A stretch of 62,723 bases of DNA from Candidatus Kuenenia stuttgartensis. GTDB lineage: Bacteria > Planctomycetota > Planctomycetia > Pirellulales > UBA1268. Below, piece by piece: positions 19,775 through 29,580 of this stretch. How positions within the stretch are numbered: position 1 is the stretch's first letter; each line of letters opens with the position of its first letter. The position numbers and the translations under genes are program-made. Under the pieces are notes generated by a model. The model did no database searches. It was given only the letters and a program-made list of their open reading frames with translations, and was not told where the DNA came from. The DNA is taken from positions 1-62,723 of the forward strand of contig CAMDDA010000002.1 in NCBI GenBank assembly GCA_945890755.1, given 5' to 3'.

Positions 19775-22700
19775 TCACCCGCGCTTGCCGAGCACGGTGA
19801 TGCAGTCGCCGAACCGCGGCACGCCGATCCGCAGGCGACCACGCGGCGACTGCCATGTCCATTGCGATTCCTGCCTCATGACCGTAAGCCCCGCCGCACG
19901 GGCCCAGCTCCGCACGTCGGCCCGCGACACCGGTGACCGCCAGCCGTGATCCTCGGGCTGATCGGCCGGCGCGTCTCGGCCAGTCGCGACCTCCGCTCCA
20001 CCCCCCCGCCAGCGTGCGAGCCGGCGCAAGGCGTGTTGCAGGAGCCCGCCACCGCCGCGATCGGCATGGTGCAGCACCGCCAGGCCGCCTGGCCGCAGCA
20101 CCCGCGAGATTTCGAAGAGATAGCGGCGGAACTCCTCCGGGCCCACGTGCACGAGGCAGTCGTAGCTCCACACGCCATCGACCGCCGCAGTGAGATCGGC
20201 GGGCAGGTCGGCAGCCCGGGAGAGGTGGGTTCGCAGCCGGCCGCGGCCGGCGAGCCGCTGGCGGCAGGCATCGAGGCAGTTCGGCGCGATGTCACAGAGC
20301 ACGAGCAGGCCAGCATGGCCGATGATGAGATCCGACCAGCGGCCGTGGCCCGGGCCGATCTCCAGGATCGTGCCCCGCGGCCGGAAGAGCGGCAGGTAGC
20401 GGGCGATGAGGCCGGCCTTCCAGTCGGGGTAGGGCACGCCGCAGGCCCGCGCCTGACCGTCCCAGCCATCGCCGTCCCCCGTCCACGGATCGCGGGCATC
20501 CCACTGGGAGAGATTGTTGTGCACGGTGTGCTCGCGGCCGGCACCGCTCCCCGCGTCGGCCGCGCCGGCGGCCTCGATCCGCCGCTCGGCCGCGAGCCGC
20601 CACTGCTGCACCGGCTCGGGATGGCGACGCTCCAACTCCATCAGCATCGGCAGCCAGCGGCGCGAGACCGCCGCCTTCACCCGGGCGATTTCCGGCGCGG
20701 GCAACAGGATCTCGCCACGGTTGCGGGGAGTGAGGTGACCTGACTTGTCACCGACCTCCGCCTTCCGCGACTCGATCCCGAGGAACCTGCAGGTGCGATC
20801 GATCAAGGCCGCGGGATCGCGGGCCATGTCGTCGTGAAACAGCACGAGCAGCCGCTCGGCGGGCAGGTGCCGCTGCCAGATGTCGAGGGTCCGCACATAG
20901 TCGGTGCGCAGCACATTGGCCGGGGATTCGCAGGCCGCGAGCAGCTGGGCCGCCGTGGGCCGCTCGACCCCTTCCCGATGGAGTTGGTGCATCCCGCCGG
21001 AGACCGCGCGGGTGACCGGATCCCGCAGCATGAAGATCACCTTCACGTCGGGCATGACCCGCGCGATCTCCGCAACGGCCTCCTCGGCCAGCGTGGCATA
21101 TGCCGGCGTGAAGTCGCAGGCAAGCTGGTCGTCGGGAGCCGACTCGAAGATTGCCGCGTAGTTTTCCCACGACTCCGCCGGGGGAAACCCGTGCCGCAAC
21201 GCCATCCGGATCAGGCGGCTGCGGTGCATGTCATCCGGGCTGCCCGCTGCGGCGGTCGCCAGCACCGCCAGCGCCTGCCGCTGGCGAAACTCGCCGATGG
21301 CAGGATCGCTTCCATCCTGGTCGAAGTGATGAAACTCCTTGATGCCGCACCGCCAGACCTGCGGATGCTGCTGCAGTACGGCATGGAGCCAGGTGGTGCC
21401 CGAACGCTGGGCGCCGATGCAGAGCACGTCGGGCAGCCGCGGCCGGCCAGCGAAGTCGTCGAGCGTGCCGAGCGGATCGCCCAGCCGCACGGCCTCACTG
21501 CCCGCAGGCAGCGGCTGGAGCGAGGCGATCGCATCGGGGCCGACACCGATGCCCAATTCAAGAATCGGCTCCCGGGCATTGACGAGGATCGTGACCAGCT
21601 CACCAGGCTCGGCCGTGAACAGGACCGATCGGCCTCGGGTATAGGCTTCCGTCGTCCGCAGGAACACCGCCGTATCGTTCAGGTAGCCCGAGGTCGCAAC
21701 CGGTGGAGCGTGCCGAAAGCGGATGAGATACAGCCCGGCCGGTACGGCAGCATGGACCGTTGCACCGATCACTGGAAGCGGGAAACGTGGCACAGCGGCG
21801 AGGCTCGATCCATCGCCCTGAATCCTGACCTGCCGGGCTTGGCTGAAGAACTCCGGCAGAGGTGCGGGATCGGGCCAAGCCGCCACGGATGGCTCGAACC
21901 GCCAATGATCGAGCCGAGGCGAATTGGGAATTCGATCACTTGGCTCGCGGAGGTGCCAGTGCGCCAGACTCTCCGGCAGGACTCCGATCGCATGCCTCGC
22001 GGCGATGCGGCGGTTGAAGTGCCAGTCGCCCAGGGCGGGCAGGCCGGCGTGGAATGGTTCGACCTCTTCATAGGCACGGCGTCGGAACACGAATGCGATC
22101 GGTGGAAAGCGATTGGTCGTCGCAAGATCGTCGGCCGTGATGCGATCGATCATCGGGCCGAACTCGATCACCTTCCGCCGCACATACTCACTCCTCTCCC
22201 AGGCTTCGCGCACGAGCCGGCTGCGACTTACGGCCGCCATCTCGCCGGTGGTGTGCAGCCGGCCGACCATCCGCTCCAAAAACTCCGGGCTCCAGCTGTC
22301 GTCGTCGTCGTGGATCACGATGAACTCGCCCGGACCGGCCGCGATGCCGGCATTGCTCGCCGCCTCCATGCCGTGTTGACGGTCGCGGTGCAGGATGCCG
22401 AGCCGGCCCTCGAGCAGGTGGCGATAGGGGGTGACCTCGTCTTCCACCAGGTGCGGCGGTCCGCCATCGTTGACGATCTGCAGGAACCAGTGCGGGTAGG
22501 TCTGCGACAAGACGCTGCGAATCGCCCGTGGCAGCATGTGCAGCCTCCACCGCGTCCGCATCACGATGAGCACGCGTCCGAGGTCGGCCGGGCCGGCATC
22601 GGCCGGCGCGTCTGCCACGAGCTCGGCGGCGGTCACGCCGCCGGCCTGCTCGAGCGACCGGTGATGCCAGAGCTGCGGGTCAACGAATGCTGCCGCTGCC

Positions 22701-23320
22701 GAGGCGCGATCGGCTGCGTCGGAAATCCCGCACAAGGTCCCCATGGCGGTGAATGCCGCCAGCGGCTCGTGGAGCACGTCGTCGTGATGCACCACCAGCA
22801 CGGCGAGCCCCACGGTGTCGCGGTCGATGCTCCGCTGATGGTCGCTCCAGATCCGCACCGCCAGCTCGTGTGGCATCGCGTTGCGGGCGGCGAGCGATGC
22901 CGCCACGTCGTCGGCCGCGCGAAACACACGCACGATCCGCAGCTCGACACCCGCCCGCCGGGCCACCTCCCGCCACAGTGGAATGAGCAGGCTCGACCGC
23001 GGATCCTTCACCAGCCAGTGGCCGTGGGCGGCCAGCTCTTCAGCGGCGATCGCCACGAAGCGGTCGATGATCGCGCGGGCATCGGGCCATTCGAGCCACC
23101 GGGCCGGCAGCGGGCCCGGCGACGAGTGCCACTCGCGGCCAAACCGGATCAGGAGCCGCTCCTGCGCCTGCCAGACGTCGGCGTGCTCCCAGTGGCCGTG
23201 TGGATTGGCGGGATGCGGCGCCGTGTCGATCCGTGAGCCGAGATTCACGCCCATGGCGTGGAGACCGCGGGCCACGAGCGACGTGCCCGACCGGTGCATG
23301 CCCACGACGAGAATGATCAT
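19775..23320 (-). CDS. multidomain enzyme: sulfotransferase - GT2 glycosyltransferase - unknown region - sulfotransferase - class I SAM methyltransferase
   Basis: 1181 aa from ATG 23320.
- aa 1-220: VVGMHRSGTS (5'-PSB-like) and LVKDPRSS.
- aa ~248-470: GT2 (VLSQTYPHWFLQIVNDGG, IVIHDDDDSW).
- aa ~475-625: no recognisable motif.
- aa ~628-860: LCIGAQRSGTTWLH and FMLRDPVTRAVS.
- aa ~935-1181: ILEIGPGHGRW, LRPGGLAVLH.
The first 167 aa of the track ORF are Arg-rich and overlap rlmI, so I rejected them. Confidence 0.8.
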   Translation of the reverse strand: MIILVVGMHRSGTSLVARGLHAMGVNLGSRIDTAPHPANPHGHWEHADVWQAQERLLIRFGREWHSSPGPLPARWLEWPDARAIIDRFVAIAAEELAAHGHWLVKDPRSSLLIPLWREVARRAGVELRIVRVFRAADDVAASLAARNAMPHELAVRIWSDHQRSIDRDTVGLAVLVVHHDDVLHEPLAAFTAMGTLCGISDAADRASAAAAFVDPQLWHHRSLEQAGGVTAAELVADAPADAGPADLGRVLIVMRTRWRLHMLPRAIRSVLSQTYPHWFLQIVNDGGPPHLVEDEVTPYRHLLEGRLGILHRDRQHGMEAASNAGIAAGPGEFIVIHDDDDSWSPEFLERMVGRLHTTGEMAAVSRSRLVREAWERSEYVRRKVIEFGPMIDRITADDLATTNRFPPIAFVFRRRAYEEVEPFHAGLPALGDWHFNRRIAARHAIGVLPESLAHWHLREPSDRIPNSPRLDHWRFEPSVAAWPDPAPLPEFFSQARQVRIQGDGSSLAAVPRFPLPVIGATVHAAVPAGLYLIRFRHAPPVATSGYLNDTAVFLRTTEAYTRGRSVLFTAEPGELVTILVNAREPILELGIGVGPDAIASLQPLPAGSEAVRLGDPLGTLDDFAGRPRLPDVLCIGAQRSGTTWLHAVLQQHPQVWRCGIKEFHHFDQDGSDPAIGEFRQRQALAVLATAAAGSPDDMHRSRLIRMALRHGFPPAESWENYAAIFESAPDDQLACDFTPAYATLAEEAVAEIARVMPDVKVIFMLRDPVTRAVSGGMHQLHREGVERPTAAQLLAACESPANVLRTDYVRTLDIWQRHLPAERLLVLFHDDMARDPAALIDRTCRFLGIESRKAEVGDKSGHLTPRNRGEILLPAPEIARVKAAVSRRWLPMLMELERRHPEPVQQWRLAAERRIEAAGAADAGSGAGREHTVHNNLSQWDARDPWTGDGDGWDGQARACGVPYPDWKAGLIARYLPLFRPRGTILEIGPGHGRWSDLIIGHAGLLVLCDIAPNCLDACRQRLAGRGRLRTHLSRAADLPADLTAAVDGVWSYDCLVHVGPEEFRRYLFEISRVLRPGGLAVLHHADRGGGGLLQHALRRLARWRGGGAEVATGRDAPADQPEDHGWRSPVSRADVRSWARAAGLTVMRQESQWTWQSPRGRLRIGVPRFGDCITVLGKRG

Positions 23321-23346
23321 CGGTTCGCGGCAATCAGCCCCAGATG

Positions 23347-24573
23347 TCACGCCACGCGGGCGATGACGCACTTGAGGTATTCCCCCTCGAGGCAGCTGGC
23401 GCTCACGGGGTGGTCGGGGGCCGCGCCGCGGCATTCGAGCAACTGGATCGGCCGGCCCGACCGCTGGGCCACGCCGGCGAGCATCTGCAGGAAGTCGTCC
23501 CGGGGCACGGAGCCCGAGCAGGAGCAGGTGACGAGAATGCCCCCCGGCTCGAGCAAATCGACGGCCACGCGGTTGATCCGATGGTAGGCCCGGAGGGCGT
23601 CGTCGAGGCTCGCGCGGCTGCGGGCGAACTTCGGCGGATCGAGGATCACCATGCCGAACCGCTCGCCCGCGGCGCTCAGGGCATCGAGTTTCTCGAAGGC
23701 GTCGGACGTCTCGACCGTCACGTTCGCCGCACCGTTCAAATCGGCGTTGGCCTTCGCGAGTGTCGTCGCCTTCGCGCTCGAATCGACGGCCAAGACACTG
23801 CGGGCACCGCCTGCCGCGCACGACACGGCAAAGCCGCCGGAGTAGCAGAACATGTCGAGCACTCGCCGGCCGCGGGCATAGGCCGCCGCGGCCTGACGAT
23901 TGTCGCGCTGGTCGAGGTAGTAGCCCGTCTTCTGCCCCTCGGCGAGGTCCACGCCGAATCGCAGCCCACGCTCCGAGACGAAGATCGGGCCGGCCGGGGG
24001 CGTGCCGCGGATCACGCGATCGGGCAGGTGCAGGCCCTCGAGCTTCGCCAGGCCGCGGTCCGCACCTCGCAGCAGAATGCCCCGCGGTGCCAGGAGCGAC
24101 TCGAGGATGTCGCTGATCATCTCCAGCCGTGGCACGAGTGCCGCTGCCGTCACCTGCACGGCGAGATGCTCGCCGTAGCGATCCACGATCAGGCCCGAGA
24201 GGCTGTCCCCCTCGCTGTTCACCAGCCGGCAGCCACCCGTGCGGTCGTCGAGGCCGAGCGTCCGGCGCAGGCCGACAGCCGCCTCCAGTCGGGTCCGCCA
24301 GAACGCGGCATCGAGTTGCGTGGCCGCATCGAACGCATACAGCCGCACGCGGATCCGGCTGGCCGGATTCCAGAGGCCGCGGGCCACGAAGCTGCCGTCA
24401 TGCGTCGCCAGATCGACGACATCCCCCTCGGCCGGTTCACCATCGAGCCGGAGCACGGCCGAGTCGAGCACCCAGGGATGCCGCCCAAAAAACGGGCGGG
24501 CCCGCTTCGGTTTCAGCACCACGGTCGCGGTCGGCAGTCCGGTGCCGGGATCACTGTCCGGCCCGTCAGGCAT
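23347..24573 (-). CDS. rlmI: class I SAM-dependent rRNA (cytosine-C5) methyltransferase, RlmI/RlmK-like
   Basis: PUA-like N-terminus (RPFFGRHPWVLDSAV), ...QKTGYYLDQRDNR..., VLDMFCYSGGFAV, ILDPPKFA. Confidence 0.85.
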   Translation of the reverse strand: MPDGPDSDPGTGLPTATVVLKPKRARPFFGRHPWVLDSAVLRLDGEPAEGDVVDLATHDGSFVARGLWNPASRIRVRLYAFDAATQLDAAFWRTRLEAAVGLRRTLGLDDRTGGCRLVNSEGDSLSGLIVDRYGEHLAVQVTAAALVPRLEMISDILESLLAPRGILLRGADRGLAKLEGLHLPDRVIRGTPPAGPIFVSERGLRFGVDLAEGQKTGYYLDQRDNRQAAAAYARGRRVLDMFCYSGGFAVSCAAGGARSVLAVDSSAKATTLAKANADLNGAANVTVETSDAFEKLDALSAAGERFGMVILDPPKFARSRASLDDALRAYHRINRVAVDLLEPGGILVTCSCSGSVPRDDFLQMLAGVAQRSGRPIQLLECRGAAPDHPVSASCLEGEYLKCVIARVA

Positions 24574-27133
24574 GCACGACCTGCTTGGTCGGGCCTGGGA
24601 GTACGTGCGGCGTGGGCAGGCTGTCGCTGCCGGGATCGACCTTCACCTTGCGGCTGCCCTCGCGGGCGGCCTTCTTCCGCTCGAGCCGCAGTACACTCCA
24701 ACCGAAGACGGCGCCCAGTGGACCGGAGAGCAGCGCCGGCAGGAAGACGAGGTTGCCGACCAGCGCGACCGTGAGCATCGAGAGCATCATGTAGCCGAAC
24801 CGCTGCGTCGGGCCGAACGGCGACAGCGAGAAGACCGAAAGGCCGATCCCGATCACGCCCCAGCTCTGATACATCGCCCGGGCACAGCCCTTGTAGGCGA
24901 GCATCGTGGCCTGCCGGCGGTCGAGCCCTTCGGCGATGCCGCGGCGGAACCAGAGCATGAAGTGCACGACGTCGTCCACCGTCACGCCGAGCGCCACGCT
25001 CGGGGCCATCACGGTGCCGATGTCGATGAGCAGGTTGCCGGTGCCGAGCGACTTGAGGATCGCGTTGCCCCAGCCCATGCTGCCGAAGACCATGATCGCG
25101 GGAAACGCGGCGGGCAGGAGGAGCACGAGCCCGGCCGAGGCGGCACGGCAGAGCAGGATCATCACCGCCACGATGATCGCAAAGTCCCAGATGAAGCCGA
25201 TCTTGAGGCCGTCGAGCAGCGAGTGCTGGGCCTTGTAGACGAGCGGCACGAGGCCGGTGTAGTCCACCGACACGCCGGCCACGCCCTCGCTCTCGAGCCG
25301 CGCCAGGATCGGATCGATCTTCTTTTGCAGGTCGGCCTTGAAGAGGGCGTAGTCGACCTCCTTCACGGCGCTCACGCGGGCACTGATCCGCCACAGTTCC
25401 TGATCGTGGACCTCGCCGTCCGAGCCGGCGACCCGGGCCTCGCGGAGGTAATCGCCGGCCAGGAAGTCGTCGCGATGGGCGGTGAGCCGGCGATTGAGCA
25501 CGCTCCGCCGCGTGCGGCCGTTGAGGCCGATGGCCCGGCCCGCCACGCCGCCGATGCCGTCGCCCGATTCACCCACGTCGAGGCTGCGACCGAAGGTCAC
25601 CGTCGAGAGCGAACTCCCCACCTCGTCGAGGCCGCCGATCTCCCGTTGGATCTCACCGACGAGCTCCATCCGCTCGAGGAAGTTGAGCGGGCATGTCGTG
25701 TCGTCGATCCGGACGAGGATCTCCATCGGCACGAGCGGGCCGAGGTGATCTTCGAGCCACTTGTAATCGGCGCGGATCCGGGCCTTCGGCGAGAAGAGCC
25801 GCATCAGTTGCACGCTGCTCTCGACGCGCGTCATGCCATAGCCGACGCCGGCCATCACGAGCAGGCAGGCCGTGGCGGTGAGGGCATGGTGCCGCGTGAT
25901 CCACTCGCCCACCTTCCACCACGGGCTCGACTCGATCGGTCGCCATGAGGCCGACTCCTCATTGCCCCCGGCCGCGACTCCGATCTTGAGCTTGGGCGGA
26001 AAGAGCTCGAGGGCCGCCGGCATGAGCGTCACGAGGATGATGAAGCTCGTGAGCACGCCGAGCGCCGAGAAGATGCCGAACATCCGGATCGGCACGAGCT
26101 CGCTCACGCCGAGCGTGGCGAGGCCAACGGCCGTCGTGCCCGTGGCCAGCGAGAGCGGCAGGAGCGCGTGCTGGACCGCGTGGCCGGCCGCCCCCTCCTG
26201 AACGCCGGTTTCCGCGAGTTGGTCGCGGTAGTAATTGGCGAGGTGGATCGCCCCCGACGTCGTCGCCACGTAGACCAGCGATGGCATCGTGAGCAGGATC
26301 GCATCGACCGGATAGCCGGAGTACCAGACGATCGCGAGGCTCGCGAACATGCTGTAGACGCCCGACGCGATCACGAGCGTGACGAGCGTCGGACTCTTCA
26401 GGCTCCACCAGCTGACGATGCCACCCACGACGAGCGACAGGCCGAAGAGCACGGTCACGCTCGTCTGGCCGGCCTTGTCGATCGAGACGTTGTCAACCGG
26501 CGGCCCACCCATGTGGAACGACGCCTCCGGGATGCCGCATTCCTGCACCGCCACCCGCTTGATCGTGTCGATCGCCCCGTGGAGGTTGGCCCGGGCGGCG
26601 TCGGACAGCGTCAGCACCAGGCAGGTCTGGCGGGCGGCATGGTCGTCGGCGGGAGAGTTGGCCTCCACGCCGGCCGGCGGCGGCCCGATCAGGGCCCCGG
26701 TGAGCCGGCTGACGGCCTCGGCAGGGTCGAGGTTGAGCGGCTCCTGCGACATCTGGGCCACGGCCCGCGGGCCCGTCTGGGCCGTCTTGAAGTACAGCGG
26801 CCGCTCGATCCGGGAGGCCTCCTCCGGGGGCGGCAGGAGCTTCCGGGCCAGCAGCTCGAGCCGGGGATCGGCCATCGTGCAGCCGTCCCAACTGGCGAGG
26901 ACGAACTCCTCGCCCTGGAAGTTCTGGCGGAAGAACCGGTAGGTCTGGGTTTCTGGATATTCGAGGGGCAGCCAGCCTTTGACGTCGTTGCGATTGTTGC
27001 CCTTGGCCTTGATCGCCCCGATCACCACCAGCGGCAACAGAAACACGAGGACCGCGAGGATCCCCACGCTAGAGCGCTGGTAGAAGTTCTTCCGGGAGTG
27101 CGACTGCTGCGACATCGATGTCGTCCGGGCCAT
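24566..27133 (-). CDS. MMPL/RND superfamily transporter
   Basis: 855 aa with two 6-TM bundles and large periplasmic loops, the typical MMPL layout. It overlaps the rlmI start by 8 nt. Confidence 0.75.
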   Translation of the reverse strand: MARTTSMSQQSHSRKNFYQRSSVGILAVLVFLLPLVVIGAIKAKGNNRNDVKGWLPLEYPETQTYRFFRQNFQGEEFVLASWDGCTMADPRLELLARKLLPPPEEASRIERPLYFKTAQTGPRAVAQMSQEPLNLDPAEAVSRLTGALIGPPPAGVEANSPADDHAARQTCLVLTLSDAARANLHGAIDTIKRVAVQECGIPEASFHMGGPPVDNVSIDKAGQTSVTVLFGLSLVVGGIVSWWSLKSPTLVTLVIASGVYSMFASLAIVWYSGYPVDAILLTMPSLVYVATTSGAIHLANYYRDQLAETGVQEGAAGHAVQHALLPLSLATGTTAVGLATLGVSELVPIRMFGIFSALGVLTSFIILVTLMPAALELFPPKLKIGVAAGGNEESASWRPIESSPWWKVGEWITRHHALTATACLLVMAGVGYGMTRVESSVQLMRLFSPKARIRADYKWLEDHLGPLVPMEILVRIDDTTCPLNFLERMELVGEIQREIGGLDEVGSSLSTVTFGRSLDVGESGDGIGGVAGRAIGLNGRTRRSVLNRRLTAHRDDFLAGDYLREARVAGSDGEVHDQELWRISARVSAVKEVDYALFKADLQKKIDPILARLESEGVAGVSVDYTGLVPLVYKAQHSLLDGLKIGFIWDFAIIVAVMILLCRAASAGLVLLLPAAFPAIMVFGSMGWGNAILKSLGTGNLLIDIGTVMAPSVALGVTVDDVVHFMLWFRRGIAEGLDRRQATMLAYKGCARAMYQSWGVIGIGLSVFSLSPFGPTQRFGYMMLSMLTVALVGNLVFLPALLSGPLGAVFGWSVLRLERKKAAREGSRKVKVDPGSDSLPTPHVLPGPTKQVVHA

Positions 27134-27324
27134 TCACAGGGCGGGTGTCTGCCCGCCGGGACGTGAAACCCTACAGGTGTTTCCAGGGCCAGTCCATATC
27201 GTTCAGGCCACGCCGAGCCCATTTTTCCGTCGGGTCGGATGCCGTAAGTCGTTTTCAGGGAGGAGTTTCCACCACAGGCACCGGCCGCATATCCGGCACG
27301 GACACCGTCAACCTTGCCGGTCTG

Positions 27325-27657
27325 TCAGGATGGGGGGGCTGTCGGGATCACTCGATCGGAGGGGGCGACGTCGGCGGCCGCAAACCCACAGGCCGTGTGG
27401 GAGCCATCGCAGAACGGCCGCGACCTGGTTTTGCCGCAGCGGCAGAGCGCGACAGCCCGCTTGTGCGTCGGCAGCGGAAACGCCTGTCCGGTGTGGTCGG
27501 TCACCCGCAGCCCCACCTGCGCCTGGCCCTCGACGACCGGCAGTTCGACCACGAGCGGCCCGTGTTCCCGGCAGCGAATCGTCACCACCGGGCTCCCGGG
27601 CGGCGCGGGCCGCGGCGGCTGGTCGGCCGCACGCGGCGGCTGGTCGAACTGGCTCAT
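27325..27657 (-). CDS. CDGSH iron-sulfur domain-containing protein
   Basis: CRCGKTRSRPFCDGSH matches the C-X-C-X2-(S/T)-X3-P-X-C-D-G-(S/A/T)-H signature. ATG overlaps the lgt stop (ATGA). Confidence 0.8.
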   Translation of the reverse strand: MSQFDQPPRAADQPPRPAPPGSPVVTIRCREHGPLVVELPVVEGQAQVGLRVTDHTGQAFPLPTHKRAVALCRCGKTRSRPFCDGSHTACGFAAADVAPSDRVIPTAPPS

Positions 27658-28697
27658 GGCGACTTCCCACGGGTTGCAATCCACCACCAGAGTGCCGCGG
27701 CCAGGGCCAAGAGCACGAGCGACACGAGCTGCGAGATCGAGAGCGGCGTGCCGAGGGCTGGCGGCTCGTCCACGCGAATCGCCTCCAAGAGCAGCCGCGA
27801 GAGCGGATGGAGCGTGAGCACGAGGGCAAAGACCTCGCCGTCGCGACGCGCGAGCGGAGTGAACAGCATGGCCACGATGGCCAGGAGCGTTGCATCGATG
27901 GCGGCGTAGAGCTGCGCCGGGTGGATCGGCAGGCTCCAGGACTGGCTCCCCGAGTCTGCAGAGGGGCGCAGGAGTCCCCGGGCTGCCTGGTCGAGCCACG
28001 GCGGACTCTCCGGCGGAAACCGCACGGCCCACGGCAGGTCGCAGGGCCCACCGTAGCAGCAGCCATTGAGGAAACAGCCCACGCGTCCGAGGGCGAGACC
28101 CACGAGCAGGCCCGGCGCGATGCAGTCGGCGAGTTTCAGGATCGGCAGGCCGCGACGGCGGGCGAACCGCCAGGCGGCCCAGGCGGCCGTGGGCAGCGAG
28201 CCAAACACCACGAGTCCGCCGGCCGCGAGGTTGAGCACGCTGCCGAGCGACTCGACGAGGCTCATGCCGGGCCGAAAAAACTGCTCCCGGTATTCGATCA
28301 CATAAAAGAGCCGCGCGCCGACGAGCCCCCACAGAAAGACCTCCATCCCGAGCGCGAGGATCGTGTCCGCATCGAATCCGGCCGCCCGGCCCCGCACGAT
28401 CGAGAGCCAGGTGCCGGCCGCCGCCGCGGCGAGCAGCATCACCCCGTAGCCGCGCACGGGCACGCCCTGCCCGTCGTCGAGTGCCGGCAGGCCCCAGGCG
28501 ATCATCGCCCCCGCCACGAGCAGCGGCAGGCCGAGCGCCGACGCCGTCTGGCGCCAGCCGTGCCGCAGCCAGGCGCGGACGAACACCGCGCCGCCGGCCA
28601 CCGCCCAGACGGCCAGCAGGATGCCGAAGCCGAAGAGCGGCCAGGCGTCGGGCCCCGAACCCAGCTGCAGCGGCACGTGGAAGAGTGTCGAGCGCAT
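27654..28697 (-). CDS. lgt: prolipoprotein diacylglyceryl transferase
   Basis: ...GYGVMLLAAAAAG..., RLFYV, LGRVGCFLNGCCYG, HPAQLY. ATG at 28697; the upstream 101 aa of the track ORF were rejected. Confidence 0.9.
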   Translation of the reverse strand: MRSTLFHVPLQLGSGPDAWPLFGFGILLAVWAVAGGAVFVRAWLRHGWRQTASALGLPLLVAGAMIAWGLPALDDGQGVPVRGYGVMLLAAAAAGTWLSIVRGRAAGFDADTILALGMEVFLWGLVGARLFYVIEYREQFFRPGMSLVESLGSVLNLAAGGLVVFGSLPTAAWAAWRFARRRGLPILKLADCIAPGLLVGLALGRVGCFLNGCCYGGPCDLPWAVRFPPESPPWLDQAARGLLRPSADSGSQSWSLPIHPAQLYAAIDATLLAIVAMLFTPLARRDGEVFALVLTLHPLSRLLLEAIRVDEPPALGTPLSISQLVSLVLLALAAALWWWIATRGKSP

Positions 28698-28701
28698 CGG
28701 A

Positions 28702-29580
28702 TCAGCCGGGCCTCCGCCGCGGAGGCAGGAGACGGTTGTCGATGAGCCGCGTGCCGCCGAGGCGACCGGCCACGATGGCGATGGCCGGCGGCTGGGCGCC
28801 GGCGGCAGGCAGCGGCTCGAGGGTGTCGGCAGCCACGACGGCCGCATAGTCGATGGCGATGCCGCGCGTCTCGAGCGGATCGCGGATGGCCTGCTCGACT
28901 GCTGCCACCGCGCCCCCGCTCTGCCAGAGTCGCTCGGCGGCGCAGAGCCCTTCATGCAATGCCACGGCCCGCCGCCGTTCTTCGGCGGCGAGGTAGGCAT
29001 TCCGTGAACTCATCGCCAGGCCATCGGCCTCGCGCACGGTGGGGCAGACGGCGATCTCGATCGGCAGGCCGAGGTCGTGCACCATCCGTTTGACGACGAG
29101 CGTCTGCTGCCAATCTTTTGCGCCGAAGTAGGCGACGTCGGCGGGAACGCAGTGAAACAGCCGACAGACGACCGTCGCCACCCCCGCAAAATGCCCGGGG
29201 CGAATCTCCCCCTCGAACCGCCGCGCGGGCCCATCGACGACCACGCGGGTGGCCGCGCCCGGCGGATACATGTCGGCGGCCTCGGGTACGAAGATCCAGC
29301 GCACGCCGCGCGGCGCGAGGAGCGCCGCATCAGCGGCAAGCGTCCGCGGATAGCGGGCGAAGTCTTCCGTGGGACCGAACTGCGAGGGATTCACGAAGAT
29401 CGACACGACGACGTCGTCGCACTCGAGAGCCGCCTGCTCGACGAGGCTCGCATGCCCCGCATGCAGCGCGCCCATCGTGGGCACGAAGCCGACCCGCCTC
29501 CCGGCAGCCCGCGACTCGAGCACTGCGGCCCGCATCGCGGCCGGCTCGCGGATCTGCGCCACCGTCACGGCCGCCGTCAT
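28702..29580 (-). CDS. panC: pantoate--beta-alanine ligase
   Basis: GFVPTMGALHAGHASLV, SIFVNPSQF, FGAKDWQQ, MSSRN. Confidence 0.95.
   Translation of the reverse strand: MTAAVTVAQIREPAAMRAAVLESRAAGRRVGFVPTMGALHAGHASLVEQAALECDDVVVSIFVNPSQFGPTEDFARYPRTLAADAALLAPRGVRWIFVPEAADMYPPGAATRVVVDGPARRFEGEIRPGHFAGVATVVCRLFHCVPADVAYFGAKDWQQTLVVKRMVHDLGLPIEIAVCPTVREADGLAMSSRNAYLAAEERRRAVALHEGLCAAERLWQSGGAVAAVEQAIRDPLETRGIAIDYAAVVAADTLEPLPAAGAQPPAIAIVAGRLGGTRLIDNRLLPPRRRPG

Noticed and set aside
20834-23236. 800-aa plus-strand ORF antisense to the sulfotransferase-GT2 fusion; similar cases at 7930-9417 (antisense to ppdK), 51572-53620 and 54420-55979
   Set aside because: The opposite strand has strong family motifs in each case. 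These ORFs have biased Arg/Gly/His composition and no motifs.
23321-23821. N-terminal extensions of track ORFs, e.g. the first 167 aa of 19775-23821. The same applies to 14187-14987, 14858-15697, 27654-29000, 37597-39159 and 41810-45232.
   Set aside because: The extensions are Arg/Pro-rich. They overlap the neighbouring gene or run through REP-A repeats. They also precede an internal ATG/GTG with an SD, where the family-conserved N-terminus begins.
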